Of a stretch of DNA of 64,000 nucleotides, positions 13,687-25,422 are shown one piece after another. The stretch comes from Coniocarpon cinnabarinum (lineage: Eukaryota). Made by a program: the position numbers and the translations under genes. Each line of letters opens with the position of its first letter. Within the stretch, counting starts at the first letter, position 1. Under the pieces are notes generated by a model, which saw nothing but the letters and a program-made list of their open reading frames with translations, was not told the origin of the DNA and ran no database searches. The DNA lies in NCBI GenBank assembly GCA_051942205.1, contig JAVECO010000010.1, forward strand, positions 124,001 to 188,000. Reading direction: 5' to 3'.

Positions 13687-13983
13687 GTGGCTGTTTGAGC
13701 TGATGGCCATTGGGAAAGGAAGCTGGGCATATGAATCTGGATGCGATGGGTGGTGGCTTATATATCTTCTTGCGATTGAGAGGATTGAGTTTAGGACTTG
13801 GGAAAGGGCACTGCGCCTTTAGATTTCACTGTGTTGAACCTCGGTATCCCGACTGGACTGAGCTGGATCTAACGCGACATGCAAAATTTCAATCGAGCTG
13901 GAGCTGCAACTGAAACTAGAACTGGTCTTAAATATCTTCTCTAGTCTCAAAGCCCACTAAGGGCGAAATTGCCTCTCCTCAAC

Positions 13984-14021
13984 TAATCCCATGCATATAA
14001 TCCCATGCAACTAATCCCATA
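13984..14021. repeat. Short tandem repeat, TAATCCCATGCA-like unit x3
   Basis: taatcccatgca ta taatcccatgca ac taatcccataca. Confidence 0.6.
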
Positions 14022-14310
14022 CATAGCCACTCTTGCGTAACACTCCCTACCGTCTACAGGAGATACCTAGGAGATACCTTAACTTCCATTTCGACTCGAA
14101 AGTGAGAGGTACGCACCGAGTTGGTACTCCGGGATATATTGCGTGGAGCATTCTTTTCTTTGAGATTTGTGAGGTAGTGAGCTGCGTAGGCTCTTGCATA
14201 AAGCACTTGCATAAATCACTTGGATTAGTTGACGAGATTGGAGCCTGCTATAGATGGATGATCTGGCTTTTAGGTGGTTTGTCTTTGTCTTCGAAATGGG
14301 GTATCGCAAA

Positions 14311-14380
14311 ACGGGTATTGAAACCGGGTATTGAAAACCGGGTATTGAAACCAGGTATTCAAAATCGGGTATTGAAAACT
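14311..14380. repeat. 13-14 bp minisatellite CCGGGTATTGAAA(A) x5
   Basis: Five near-identical units visible directly. Confidence 0.8.
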
Positions 14381-14394
14381 AGGAAGTAGAATAG

Positions 14395-15105
14395 CGGAGC
14401 AGAACAACGAATAGAACAGCGAAGGTAAAAGCGAATGTAATAGTAGTATACATTAAAAAGGGTAGGTATTTAAGGGCAGATATCTAAGAACTTTTAATAG
14501 TACTAGTGTGTTCGTTAAGTTCTCTGTGCTAGCCTTTACTAAGTGCCCCTTTTTTATGGATCGTACATCTCCACGCATCGCCGCAAAATGCTGTATCCAA
14601 TGAAGAATAATATCAAAGCTTCTCTATAGTAAATATACCCACGCAATTCTTGTACTATCACTAGGAAGCAGAACAGTCAAGGCAAAGAGCGAATAGTGGG
14701 AAATTAGTGGACATAACTACAAGGGCCAGTATTCAAAGGCAGGTATTCAAAGGCCGGGATCCAAGGACTTTAATAGTACTAGAGCGTCTGCTAAGCCCTG
14801 TCTTACTAAATATAGTATTAATATAAAATATAATCAGAGCTTTTATATAATTATCTATATAATTCTTATACTATTACTAGAAAGCAGAGTAGCAAAGGTA
14901 AAAGGCGAAAGTGATAGTAGTGTACATCAATACAAGGGCCAGTATTCAAAGGCCGGTATTAAGGGCAGCAGGCATTCAAGGACTGTCGATAGTACTAGAG
15001 CGTCTAGTAAGCCCTGTGTGCCAGCCTTGCAACACGCGCATTCCTTCACTTCCCGCTTCATTTGTCGTAATATTTCCAAGCATCGCCGCAAAAGGCCGTG
15101 TTGAT
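14395..15105. repeat. Three degenerate tandem copies (about 220-280 bp spacing) of an AT-rich, RIP-like repeat; possible transposon relic
   Basis: Shared anchors ATAGTACTAG at 14497, 14773 and 14989; GCATCGCCGCAAAA at 14575 and 15080; differences include C>T/G>A changes; TpA-rich tract at 14800-14880. Confidence 0.7.
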
Positions 15106-15180
15106 GCTCAACGCGATCAGAGCTTCTTTCGAGCAAATACACGCACAAATCTCGCACCATCGCCACACTCGTTGCACAGC

Positions 15181-16815
15181 TCACGGCAAAATACCGACAT
15201 CCCTCCCCGGCGACTTCACACACACACCCCCCTTCCACACAAACCTCACCTCCTCCGCTTTCGAAAGCACCCAAATATCCACCAACGGATTGGTGTCCAA
15301 CGCAATCATATCGGCCTCAAACCCGACTCTTAATTGTCCCTTCTTTGGCGCCTGCATTCCCAACGTCTCAGCCGCATTCGCGGTCCCCGCTTCGATTGCG
15401 CTCAAAGGCGTCATCCCCGCTTCGACTGCATACCCGAATTCACTCCCATTGGTGCCATGTTGGAATTTGGTATCGAGACTCGAAATTCCGAGATCGGTGC
15501 CTAGTGCGATTTTGACACCGGCGTTGATCGCCGCCTTGTATGAGTCAAGATTCGCGCGCTCAAGTTCGAGGACTTTTTTGTAGCGGACGGGATCCCAGGC
15601 TTCGGGATGCGCCTTGGACCATTCGAGAATGGAACGCGTTGCTATTAGTGTTGTTCCCTGTTTCTTCATTAAGGAGATGGAAGAGGGAGTCAGCCAGCTG
15701 CCGTGTTCAATGGTGTTTACACCGGCGCAGAGCGCGGCTTTGATCCCAGCGGTGCCGTGAGCGTGCGCGGCGACGTTGAGGTTTTGGCGGGAAGCTTCTT
15801 CGACGATGGCGGAGAGTTCGGCGTCCGAGAAGAGGGTCGAGTGGATGTCGTCGGAGCTGCTGGCGCCGCCGGTACTCGCTAGTTTAATAGTCTTTGCACC
15901 TCGGCGAACTTGTTCTCGTACAGCCTTTGTACATTCAGTGACGCCGTCACAGGTTACTAATGGCAAGCCACGTAATTGTAAGTCATGCAGTAAACAAGAG
16001 GGTTCTTTGCGATTATCAGCGTGGCCGGCTGTAGCACTGATGAGGGCACCAGATGAGTAAATGCTGGGGCCGGGAATCCAACCTGAAGATACAGCGGGGG
16101 CAATGTCGATGCCGTAGCCGCCTAATTCGCGGACGGAGGTTATCCCTGCGTTTGACGTGGCAGCCAATGAACGGGCGGTCTTTGCGCCTGCGAGAGCGGG
16201 GGAGAGATGCGAGATGCTGTCCAGATCGTAGGTTGAGAAGCCGAAGTAGTGGACGTGTGCGTCCCATAGGCCGGGCATGAGGACGGGAACGTGGTAGTGG
16301 TGGGCCCGGAGGTCGCTCGCGTGGCTATCCTTGGTATGTATTGAAGAATCATCAGTGGAGTGGAGGGGATATCGACGGTCAAAGCTGTCAGGCCGATCGT
16401 AAAGCTCGTCAGAAACGAGACTCTCATGGTGAGTTTGGGGAGTCGTTCCTGTTATAGACTCCGCTGGCGTGGCTGTATCATGGAGGAGTTCACGAGTTGG
16501 ACCGACGTAAGTGATGACGCCGTCCTCGGCGAGGAGAGTCGCATTCTCAATGGGAGATCCACGGCCGGGAATGAGGAGATCGGCGTCAATGCGGAGGGTG
16601 GCTGTGGAGCTGGAGCAGGTGGCGGTGGTGCAGGGCGTAGCGAGGCGGGTGGATGGAGAGCGACCTCGGCGTGGAGAGGAGGAAGAGGGTGGATCATGTC
16701 GTGTAGAAGATGGAGATGAGCTGCGGCGAGTGGGAGAAGGACTTGGAATGTAGTATCGATCGTATCGATCCTCGTATACGAAACGCATTGGAGTCCGACT
16801 GCGCTTATCGCTCAT
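15181..16815 (-). CDS. Metal-dependent amidohydrolase (Xaa-Pro dipeptidase / ochratoxinase-like subgroup), intronless
   Basis: VLMPGLWDAHVH, GITSVRELGG, TAGHAD, TIKLASTGG, VAAHAHG, TIEHG, IALGTD, GQLRVGFEADMIALD.NPL. Confidence 0.92.
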   Translation of the reverse strand: MSDKRSRTPMRFVYEDRYDRYYIPSPSPTRRSSSPSSTRHDPPSSSSPRRGRSPSTRLATPCTTATCSSSTATLRIDADLLIPGRGSPIENATLLAEDGVITYVGPTRELLHDTATPAESITGTTPQTHHESLVSDELYDRPDSFDRRYPLHSTDDSSIHTKDSHASDLRAHHYHVPVLMPGLWDAHVHYFGFSTYDLDSISHLSPALAGAKTARSLAATSNAGITSVRELGGYGIDIAPAVSSGWIPGPSIYSSGALISATAGHADNRKEPSCLLHDLQLRGLPLVTCDGVTECTKAVREQVRRGAKTIKLASTGGASSSDDIHSTLFSDAELSAIVEEASRQNLNVAAHAHGTAGIKAALCAGVNTIEHGSWLTPSSISLMKKQGTTLIATRSILEWSKAHPEAWDPVRYKKVLELERANLDSYKAAINAGVKIALGTDLGISSLDTKFQHGTNGSEFGYAVEAGMTPLSAIEAGTANAAETLGMQAPKKGQLRVGFEADMIALDTNPLVDIWVLSKAEEVRFVWKGGVCVKSPGRDVGILP

Positions 16816-17638
16816 CGTTGGTAGTTTGTCGTTCGATCGTTCGAGCTATTAGCACACGCTCAAAAGTACATCAATTCCTCGCTTGTTATCTTCAGCGCCG
16901 GGCATGCGGTGCTCGAAGATTCAAGTCTATGACGCTTTCCGGAGTTTTTCGAGCTCGTCACGGTGTGCGTTTCATATGATGATTGCAGCGTCACGTGGTC
17001 GCCCTGATACCTAATATTTCTCCTGCGCATGAAACCACACACCTTTGTGAGTCAGGGTAGCGTACGAGCGAGATGATTCCAGACGCGGGCGTTGCTTGTG
17101 GATTACAGTATAAGCACGATCGGAGCCCTTACGACCTCCAGCCTGCGTGGCCCAACCACGTACTGAAGGAAGTTTAAAAAGACTTTAAAAAAGACTTTGT
17201 TTCGCAAGGTCTGCAAGAAGAAGCGATGATAAAACACCACCAAGCTTTGGAAGGGGGTTCATACGCTCCACCAACGCACTCGTGTATGGTTTGCTACGGT
17301 GCCTGTCGGAGAGAGAGATCGAGATCAGCAAGATGCGAAGCAGGGTTGACGCTACCATTATAATGATCATGGATCATGGATTGATGATACCTGACAACGG
17401 GTTTGTGGCATACGCGTGGGTGGCCATACATGCTCGGCGAAACGGGGGTCTCTTCTTGAAGATTGAACGGCTTCAAAGCCTCTCCGGGCTCTCACGTGCT
17501 TTCTTTTACGCACGATCCTCACCGCGCCTACTCACTATATACACTAGATGCAAGCACATGTATCAATGAAGCAGGCCAACTTTTTGAACGGCAGAGTAGC
17601 CTCCCAGTCCGCTCCTCTACCGTCCATGGGGGGATGCG

Positions 17639-19506
17639 CTAGTACGCATACACGAACTCGAGGTTCTCCCGGTCCGTCAAATCGAGCCATTCCGTGTGCT
17701 CCTTGGATTCATAACCCAAGTCGGCTCGTTTCTTCGCTTTGAGCTGGTTCAGGTAGCGGTAATACCAGAAGATGAGGAGCATGTCCACGATGCAAAGGGC
17801 GAAGCAGACGATGATGGTGATTTTGGCGGGGGTGTAGTTGGGTGCGTCGTCGGCTCGGAAGGTCTGGGGTCCTAGAGCTGAGGTGAGTAAGGGCGCTTTT
17901 GACAGGCGATAAGTATGTCGCGCTGCACATACCTAGGATATTGCCCAAAGCGTATCCGATAGAGAATATAGCGGCGACGGTTGTCTTTTTGGTATATCTA
18001 TGGGATAGATCAGCTACAACATCTTCACATTTTCTTGAGGGATCATACCCAGCGACATTGGAAGATATCATTGACAGTGCGGCGATCGTCCCCACGACAT
18101 ACGCCAAGCTCAGGTAATATCCAACTAATCTCCCTGCCTTCGCATGCGCAGGCAGCGCTACCATCAGTATCGCCCCGATCAGACTCACAATCATGGGCGG
18201 TATGGCCCACAGCGAGCGATAACCCCACTTCCGCGACGCAAAAGCCCAGACTATTAAGGCGATGAACTCGACCGCACCGGCTGGTGTCCCATAGAGGAGA
18301 CTCTCCTCGGCTGTAAACCCGAATCCCTTGATCAGCAAGTTGAAAAAGTTGGTGATACCGCCATTGGGTATGTCAGACAAAATGGCCAGCAGCGTATAAG
18401 CCCATGTCAATGGGTCCGTCAGCGCTTCCTTAACCTGGTACAGTTTCCACGTTTTGTTTTTGATGCCCTGATGGTTGCCGCGAAGTCGTTGGACAACGCG
18501 CCCTCGGTCGACTGGGGAAAGCCACCATGCGGACAGCGGGGTATCTGGAACCAAGACGAGGAGGGCAATCCCAGCGACAATGGTCCACAGTCCAGTGAAG
18601 AGGAAGAGAACACGCCATGGGGAGAGGGAGAAATGATGGATGGTGGCGCCGTGAGCGAGACCATAGGCGACGAGCCCACCGAAGACCTGAGCGAGGCCAT
18701 TGAAGCTGACGAAGATGCCGATACGCTTGCCTTGCTCGAGCTGCGTGTACCACTACAGAGCAAATGCTTAGCATTGTGCGTCAAGATACAGACATCTCTC
18801 TAGGGGAGACAGGAGAGTAAACATGCGCACCTGCGAGACGACAAGGGCAAAGCCGGGCATGATACTCGCTTCGAGTAAGCCAAGAAAGAATCGCACTGCA
18901 ATCGCTCCTTGATAGTTTCGGAGCGCGGCCATGCATGCCAGTACGATTCCCCATAGAATGATGGTAACGCCCAAGTATTTGGCAAGAGGCAGCCTTTGCA
19001 TAAGGCGACCCGCAGGAAGCTCCCAGCCGAGGTAGCCTAGAGTTTAGTCAATGGACAAGATCCCAGACAATCTGAAAGCGGTTTCCGTACCGAAATAGAA
19101 CAAACTCCCCAGCCAAGAGTACTGGCTTCCATTCAAGTGGAGGTCCTTTTGCAGACCCATGACGCTTGCATAGGAGAGCGTGGTCTCTTGAAAGATCCAT
19201 ATGTTAGGATGTTGGATACGCAGATGAGGTCAATTGGTGAAGGGGATGGACTTGCTGTCGAGAAAGGTGAGCCCAAATACCATGCACATAATCTGCGATC
19301 TTGGTTAATCCACGAAATCCAGAGCATCTGGCCGTGACAGCGCTTACGGGAAGAATCATCAAGTCTATCCTTCGAACGAGCCTTTTGCTTGTCGCAGCAT
19401 CGCAGTCCAGATGCTCGCTCTCAATGAGTTGCTGGGCTTTCATCGCCTCGTCGACGCTCCCCATGTCCAGTGTGCTGCTCTTGGGGCCATCCTTCTCGTC
19501 GGCCAT
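17639..19506 (-). CDS. MFS transporter, allantoate permease (Dal5/ACS) family; multi-exon
   Basis: KRLVRRIDLMILP, QYSWLGSLFYFG, QRLPLAKYLG, RFFLGLLEAS, SSNVAG-YTKKTT, GPQTFR..DAPNY, DLTDRENLEFVY C-terminus. Confidence 0.9.
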
Positions 19507-20385
19507 GGTCACTGATCATACAGCACGACAGTTACTTCGGAAAGATCCCTAGCAATGACCGGGTTGCTGATAGGGACAGAAGCAGCATGGGAGAAGGGAG
19601 CTTGCAACGTGTGCAGTGAGAAAAGTTTCTCGAAGGCATGCTGACAGGAGAGTTGCTACAGTTGCCTGCGGAGTGATTGCAGTGGATGATCATTGTCTTG
19701 GTATGGGCAACGCTTGGGCGAGACGGCCGCCAGCCATGTTCAGCTGAGAGAGAGTAATGCATGCAAAGCTCATGCACAAGCACTGTCACCGTCGGTTCGA
19801 GGCAACGGTCGTTTCACACAGGGGTCAGACATGCTGAATGCGGTCACCGACATGACTGCGGTGCGGTCCCACAGCGGCAGGGCATGAATGTTGATCACTG
19901 ACCAACAAGCAGCTTGACGGACTGTCGATGACACGAGAACGGTCGGATATCAGATTCCTCATGTTTACAAGTGAGTTGCCAGGAGTGTTCAGAAGATCTT
20001 TCATCTCGTCGAGTCGGGAAGCCCCAACACCCTGGCGCCAAGGAACTGGAAGACGCTAAGTGCGGGACGGCAAGTCGGCTTTCCCCGCTGCCGAGGCGCC
20101 ACATTGCACATTGGCGGTCAGTGCTCTCCAGTGCTTCACGCGGTGCCACCGACGCCACCAACACGCAGACAGGCAGACGGGCAGACAGGCACTCACATGC
20201 TGGTTCAGCCAGGCGCCGACGCAAAGCAGGGGATTCTAGCGAAAAGAATGTGTTCCAGCACAAGTGTCGCTGCCATATCACTTGGTCTTCCCCAATCTGG
20301 CTTCGAGCGAGATACACAACTTGAAGGGCGTCCTATACATTTTCTAGATGCGTGGCTATCATCTCAAAAAATAGTCACCTCTTCA

Positions 20386-22060
20386 TTACCGCCCAGGTTC
20401 TGTGAATACCGTCACGTTGGTCGTGACGACGACGTTGTCATCCTCGATAGCGCCCGCCCTTGGTATCTCCGCGTCACTATCGCTCAGCGTGTCGAGTCGT
20501 TGGAGTGGATATGCGTCCGCCTCTGTCCTGCCTCTTGTAGTCGTATCGTAGCTCGGCACACGAGTCACCGACTTCAGGGCTGTTCCCGATCCGGTGGTCT
20601 GTCTGGAATCATTGTCTCCGATGCTGGAGTACCATCTGCGGGAGGGCGTGGAGCCGGATTGGCTGCTCGAGAGCAGGTTGGCGAGCCTCTGTAGATAACT
20701 CCCAATCCGTGTGCCTTCCAACGATGTGGGTGTGTCGGTCGTTACCCGCCTGCGAGGTCGGATCAGTGGACCCAATGTCGGCAAGCAAGCAGCAATGACT
20801 GTCATGCCGGCCTCGATGGTGCCCCAGTAGTATATCGTTGTGATGTAACCCGATTGGTTGTCAAGCGTTTTTCTTTCTAAGCACGCCAATGTCAGTCTTC
20901 CCAGCGCCATTCCAAAGGGTGCCTAGTCGATGGACCGCAGTCTTGAAGGGTGTGGATTATTGCACGTACGAGGATATACAACGCTATACAGCGTCAAACG
21001 CAGTATGCTTGAAACTACCGTCCTACGATGGTCAGCTTATGCTGAAGGGAATTTTGGCGTGAGTTGCACGCACAAGGATCCAAATAGGAATATCATTGAT
21101 ACTGCGAGCTTTTTCCACATCTCCATTTGCAGATGCCACACCTGTCCAGCAGCAGTGACTTGTCAGCCATTCACCGATTGTGCACCCCCGACCACGTCCA
21201 AGATGCTGAACTTACCCAGTACAAGGGCATTATCAAGATAATGAGATCTAGAAGGACGTCCAAAACCGTCATTGGAATCGTAATCTTAAACCCGTCGATG
21301 CAGTATCGGTCTTTGATGGCGTTGTTCGGCGAGCGTTGAGCGGAGAGATGCGAGCCGCACTGAAAGAGGTTGAGAAAAAAGGCTGTGAGCATCCAAGAGA
21401 CCGTGAGCGCAATCATCGTCCATGACAGGATGTTAAACGGTCGACCTCCAAATATTTGGCGATAGAAGAAGAGGACGGATAGCTTCGCCGCGCCGTCTTT
21501 CAAGTGCAGGAGTTAGTTGCGGCGCAGTCAAAATAGCTCGGACCTCTTACAAATCCAGGGGTATAGCCACAGAAAAATACTCGCATACTAAGGCACCTCG
21601 TGAGCAAATGCCCCAAAATCTGGACACAATTATGAACTCACGATTTGCATCTTACTCTTGAGACCCTCGGATTCGTTTACCACCGATTGATGCGGAGGAG
21701 GCTGTGCTCCCAATCCTCCTTGGAAGGCGCCTGAGTATGAGAACATTAGTACAGGCTTCTCTTTGGCATCGTAAAAGTCGAAGAAGAGACTTGCTCACCA
21801 GCAACAGTCAGAGCTGAGAGTCCGTAGGTAAGGATCTGTATATAGTCAGGCAAGTTGGTCGAGTCCGTTGTTTCGTGCGCTCGGCGGCTCACGAGCGAGA
21901 ACACAATCAGATAGTCATCTACTGTGAAGCGCTTTGTTCTCAACGCCATTTTTTCAAAGAGCCGTATTTTGGTAAGCAAGCGTAGCGCAACGATGACAGT
22001 GTCCACCAGAGGAAACACCAGGCCAGCCGCAACGACTTCGGCTTTGGTTGGGAACTTCAT
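20386..22060 (-). CDS. PTH11-like integral membrane protein (fungal rhodopsin domain, no CFEM seen); multi-exon
   Basis: VALRLLTK..DDYLIVFSL, AKLSVLFFYRQIF, FQC, DVLLDLIILIMPL..VWHLQM, WGTIEAGMTVIAACLPTLGPL. Confidence 0.85.
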
Positions 22061-23050
22061 GGCTGAAATTGTCCAAAGTCGAGGCTTCGAAGAAAGAGCG
22101 CAGACGCTCAAAGCGAGTCACCAAATCGTCACAAATATTCATTCTCGACAAGACGGGCAAGAGTGTATGATGGAACGTGGGAGGCATGTGTTCCACGGCA
22201 AAACCATCGGAGAATTATTGCTCAATCGCTGTCACACTTCTCATCAAGGTCAGCGGCAGCACGGGTCGCGTCCTTCTACAGCCGCGTCTGCCTGGTCTTT
22301 GCTCGTAGCAAGGGCTACATCAACATTGTTCTTTCTCAACCGGAGCTGGGCGATAAATTTTCCATAGGGCAACAGTGAGAAGCGTCAATATTGGGACACC
22401 TGGAGCGGCTACAGACCCACACCGAGCCGGCAGTGTAAGAGACGGCATGCACACACGACTGGGCTTCACATGCCCTGATGCTCGTGATAGCCAGGGAATT
22501 GCACGAGCGCGCCTCTCCCTGGTCAGCCCGTATCGATGATCAGTGATGTGCTGCAAGTGAGGGTGCCGAAGCGGGTAGTTGGGCCGCCGTGATGAGCGTC
22601 GACCCATGTTTTGACTTGGCTGCCTACGAGGAACATGGCGATATGTATGTCTTGGTGCCACGTACAGGGTTAAACATTGATTGGCATAGTGCAAGGATGG
22701 CTTGACGTCAGCTTCTGCGCCCATCACATGTGATGTGGACCAATCGGTGAGCAGGCCGACACGATTGCATGAAGATGCTCATTAGCAGTCCAGTCAAGTA
22801 CCGCTGAGCTCCGGGGCAACTGCTAAGCTTCAGAGCAGCTTTAAGCCAACCCTGTATACACGCTATTCTGCCCCTCTGAGGTTGCTGTATGGTACTTTCA
22901 GCTGGTCATTGTTCAAGTACCTACGAGCTTGAGTGCGAACATCAGGTATGGAATCAGCAGCTCAGACGTGTCGCACTCAGCTTCAGGGCCGTTGAAGAAC
23001 AGGAAATATATTGCGCGCTAGGCAGGCCTGTTACATCGTATACGCTTGGC

Positions 23051-24484
23051 TCATGAGCCACGAGGGGTCAAATGGGCGGTGGCAAGCTTCTGCACCACAA
23101 TGGCAAGCACTCCGCCCACCGTGTCTCCCAGGAAATTGCCCAGGCCACCGTAGCTCATTGCAAACGATCTCACCTCGTCGCCAGCGTTCATCTTCTCGAA
23201 CTCGTCGGCCACTTTGTGATTCGTATTCGCGACCGAGCCCCCCACGACGCCGCCCGTGACAAACATGAACATCACCCACACCCCGTAGTAGGTCAGAAAT
23301 GGCTCAAAGAGCTGCACGATCCCGATGGCCACCACCGTCAGCATCACCACCGCCCAGCCGTAGATGGCAGGAAGTTTGAGGAAGCTGGCGCAGGTGGAGA
23401 AGAGAAACTGAGCGGCGCCGTATGCAAGGAAGTCGAGCTGGTAGTTCAGCTGGCCTTCCGGTGCACGTTTGAAGGTGTTGAGCTGCTGGAAAGTGGCGCT
23501 GAGACCGCTGAGATTGAACATGGCCCCCACCGTGCACAGGAACAGCGGGATGACGTATCCCGGCAGCAGCTTGCGTCCAAACAGGCCTAGTCGCGTGTGG
23601 CGCCCGGCGAACTGCATCCACTGCGCGTCGCTGTCGACGTCTTGCTTCTGCCCTCGTTCTTCCGACACAGACGCCCGCAGCCCTTCGTTGCCTTTTTGCT
23701 CCCTCTGCTCCACGCTCTCTGATGGGGCCGCGTCATCCTCGTCGTCCTGGTCTATCGCCTTTTTGCTCCGGGTGACTGTGTGTTTGCGCGTCTCCTCCGC
23801 CCGATGCCTGGGCGTCCGCGAGAGGACCAGCCACCACGTGACTGGCTGAATGATGGTGAACGGCAGGCAGACGAGCAAGACATTGCGCCAACGGCCATGG
23901 AACGCTTGCACCAGGCCGATGTAGATGGCCGGACCGATAATCGCAGAGCACCCTGACCCCGCGCTGAACGAGACCACCGTCCGTATGTCGAAGAAGGCCG
24001 CGACGGCGAGGTAGATGGTCGTCCCGAACGCGTAGACGAACCCAGCCAGGATCGTCCCCACGGCCGGGCCAGCGATTGTAGCAGTACCGAGCGTCGAAAT
24101 GACCAGGCTCAGGACGCTAGCTGACGTGGCGATGAGCATGCGCACATTGAGTGGGAGATAGTGCAGCAAGGGCGGGGAGACGAAGGAGGTGACGGCAGCA
24201 GATACCGACAGGCAGACCCCGTAGATGCCTGTGATGTCGGTGAACATATCAGACGCCCCCGTCGTGACCAGCATGCATGGCAGAGCTGTGGTGATCCCCA
24301 GCACGAAGAAAGCAAAGATGTCTCTGGTACACCATCTGGCAGTAGCGCGTGGTACTTCTGAAGCTTCTGAAGCTTGTGCAGGTACCGCAGCTTGCCCTTC
24401 AGCAGTCAGTGCCAGCGTCACGGCTGGTGCGGTGGCCAGCGAGCCCTCCCTCGGGCCTGACTGTGGTGGGTGGTCAGTCTCCAT
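23051..24484 (-). CDS. Highly divergent battenin/CLN3 (Btn1)-like multi-pass transporter, intronless, GC-rich; candidate RiPP-cluster transporter
   Basis: 477 aa, about 11 TM. Colinear with Btn1 as recalled: AFFVLG...ASDM, PPLLHYLPLNVRM, SFSAGSGCSAIIG (cf. WGSGTGGAG), YVIPLFL (cf. YMLPL), GGVVGGSVANT (cf. GLLGG.YVNT), RSFAMS (cf. REF). Confidence 0.7.
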   Translation of the reverse strand: METDHPPQSGPREGSLATAPAVTLALTAEGQAAVPAQASEASEVPRATARWCTRDIFAFFVLGITTALPCMLVTTGASDMFTDITGIYGVCLSVSAAVTSFVSPPLLHYLPLNVRMLIATSASVLSLVISTLGTATIAGPAVGTILAGFVYAFGTTIYLAVAAFFDIRTVVSFSAGSGCSAIIGPAIYIGLVQAFHGRWRNVLLVCLPFTIIQPVTWWLVLSRTPRHRAEETRKHTVTRSKKAIDQDDEDDAAPSESVEQREQKGNEGLRASVSEERGQKQDVDSDAQWMQFAGRHTRLGLFGRKLLPGYVIPLFLCTVGAMFNLSGLSATFQQLNTFKRAPEGQLNYQLDFLAYGAAQFLFSTCASFLKLPAIYGWAVVMLTVVAIGIVQLFEPFLTYYGVWVMFMFVTGGVVGGSVANTNHKVADEFEKMNAGDEVRSFAMSYGGLGNFLGDTVGGVLAIVVQKLATAHLTPRGS

Positions 24485-25422
24485 GCTTGGTAGAGTGTAA
24501 CTGAGGAGTGATGGTAAGCCATCGATTAGAGATTATATAGGATTCCTTCGGGTTGACAGGAATTTTTCAGTTCCAATGAGGAGAGCAAGGACATTGGTGA
24601 GATCACGTGACATTGGTGGATCCTCAACGGCCAATCCCGCCTCTCGCAAGACGGCGAGCAGGATTGAGACACGGGCTGACAAACGTTCGCAGAAGAGATT
24701 GTACATTCTTCATCCAAACGGGCACTCACCCCGTCATCAACGTCGCTGATCGATACCAGCCTCACTCACACTGTCTCTATCACATCCAGGGTACACTCTC
24801 CCGCAGCCCGAGCCGTCGCGGCACGGCGGAAGGATTTGCATCGAAGCCAACGTCTTTCTCCTTCCCCGGCCTACTCGTCACCTCGTCCGCATTCGGGTAG
24901 CCCGCCACCTACGCCCCCACGCTGGGCAGCGTATCTGCGCGTCGATCAGCTGCTTTTGTTAGCCGTCTAGGAGAGTGCTGTCACCCGATAGGGTCCGACA
25001 GCGGAGACCGTCAGACAGTGTCCAGTCATCGTGAACAATGCTATCCCCGATGGACGGATCCTGAACGCGCTATCCACTGCAGGCAAAGCGATGCGAAGCC
25101 ATACGCAGCCATCCCTCTTCTTGCAGGAAACCAGTTACGTCCTCGAGCTGTGTTAAATGTACCACTAGCGGCAACAGTTGCGAATACGCCCGTCAACCCA
25201 TGCTGCTCCTCATTTGTATCCCCCCTCATTCCCTCTGACCCCGCCAAGAGTACTGAGTACATGCGACATGCTTGTGCGTCTCTCTCTACCATTCCTATTC
25301 CCCTTCTGGACCTTCCCTGTCGACACTGATGAGGTCTGCCAGTCACCCAGGTCGCCGTTGCTATCGGTCACTATATCACGTTGAAGGCCTGGTCATTTCG
25401 AGTAAAGAACAACACTGCAAAG

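Noticed and set aside
20386..22060. PTH11-like gene as a member of the RiPP cluster
   Set aside because: Large, widely scattered family (a second copy lies at 45783-47054); adjacency alone is not evidence
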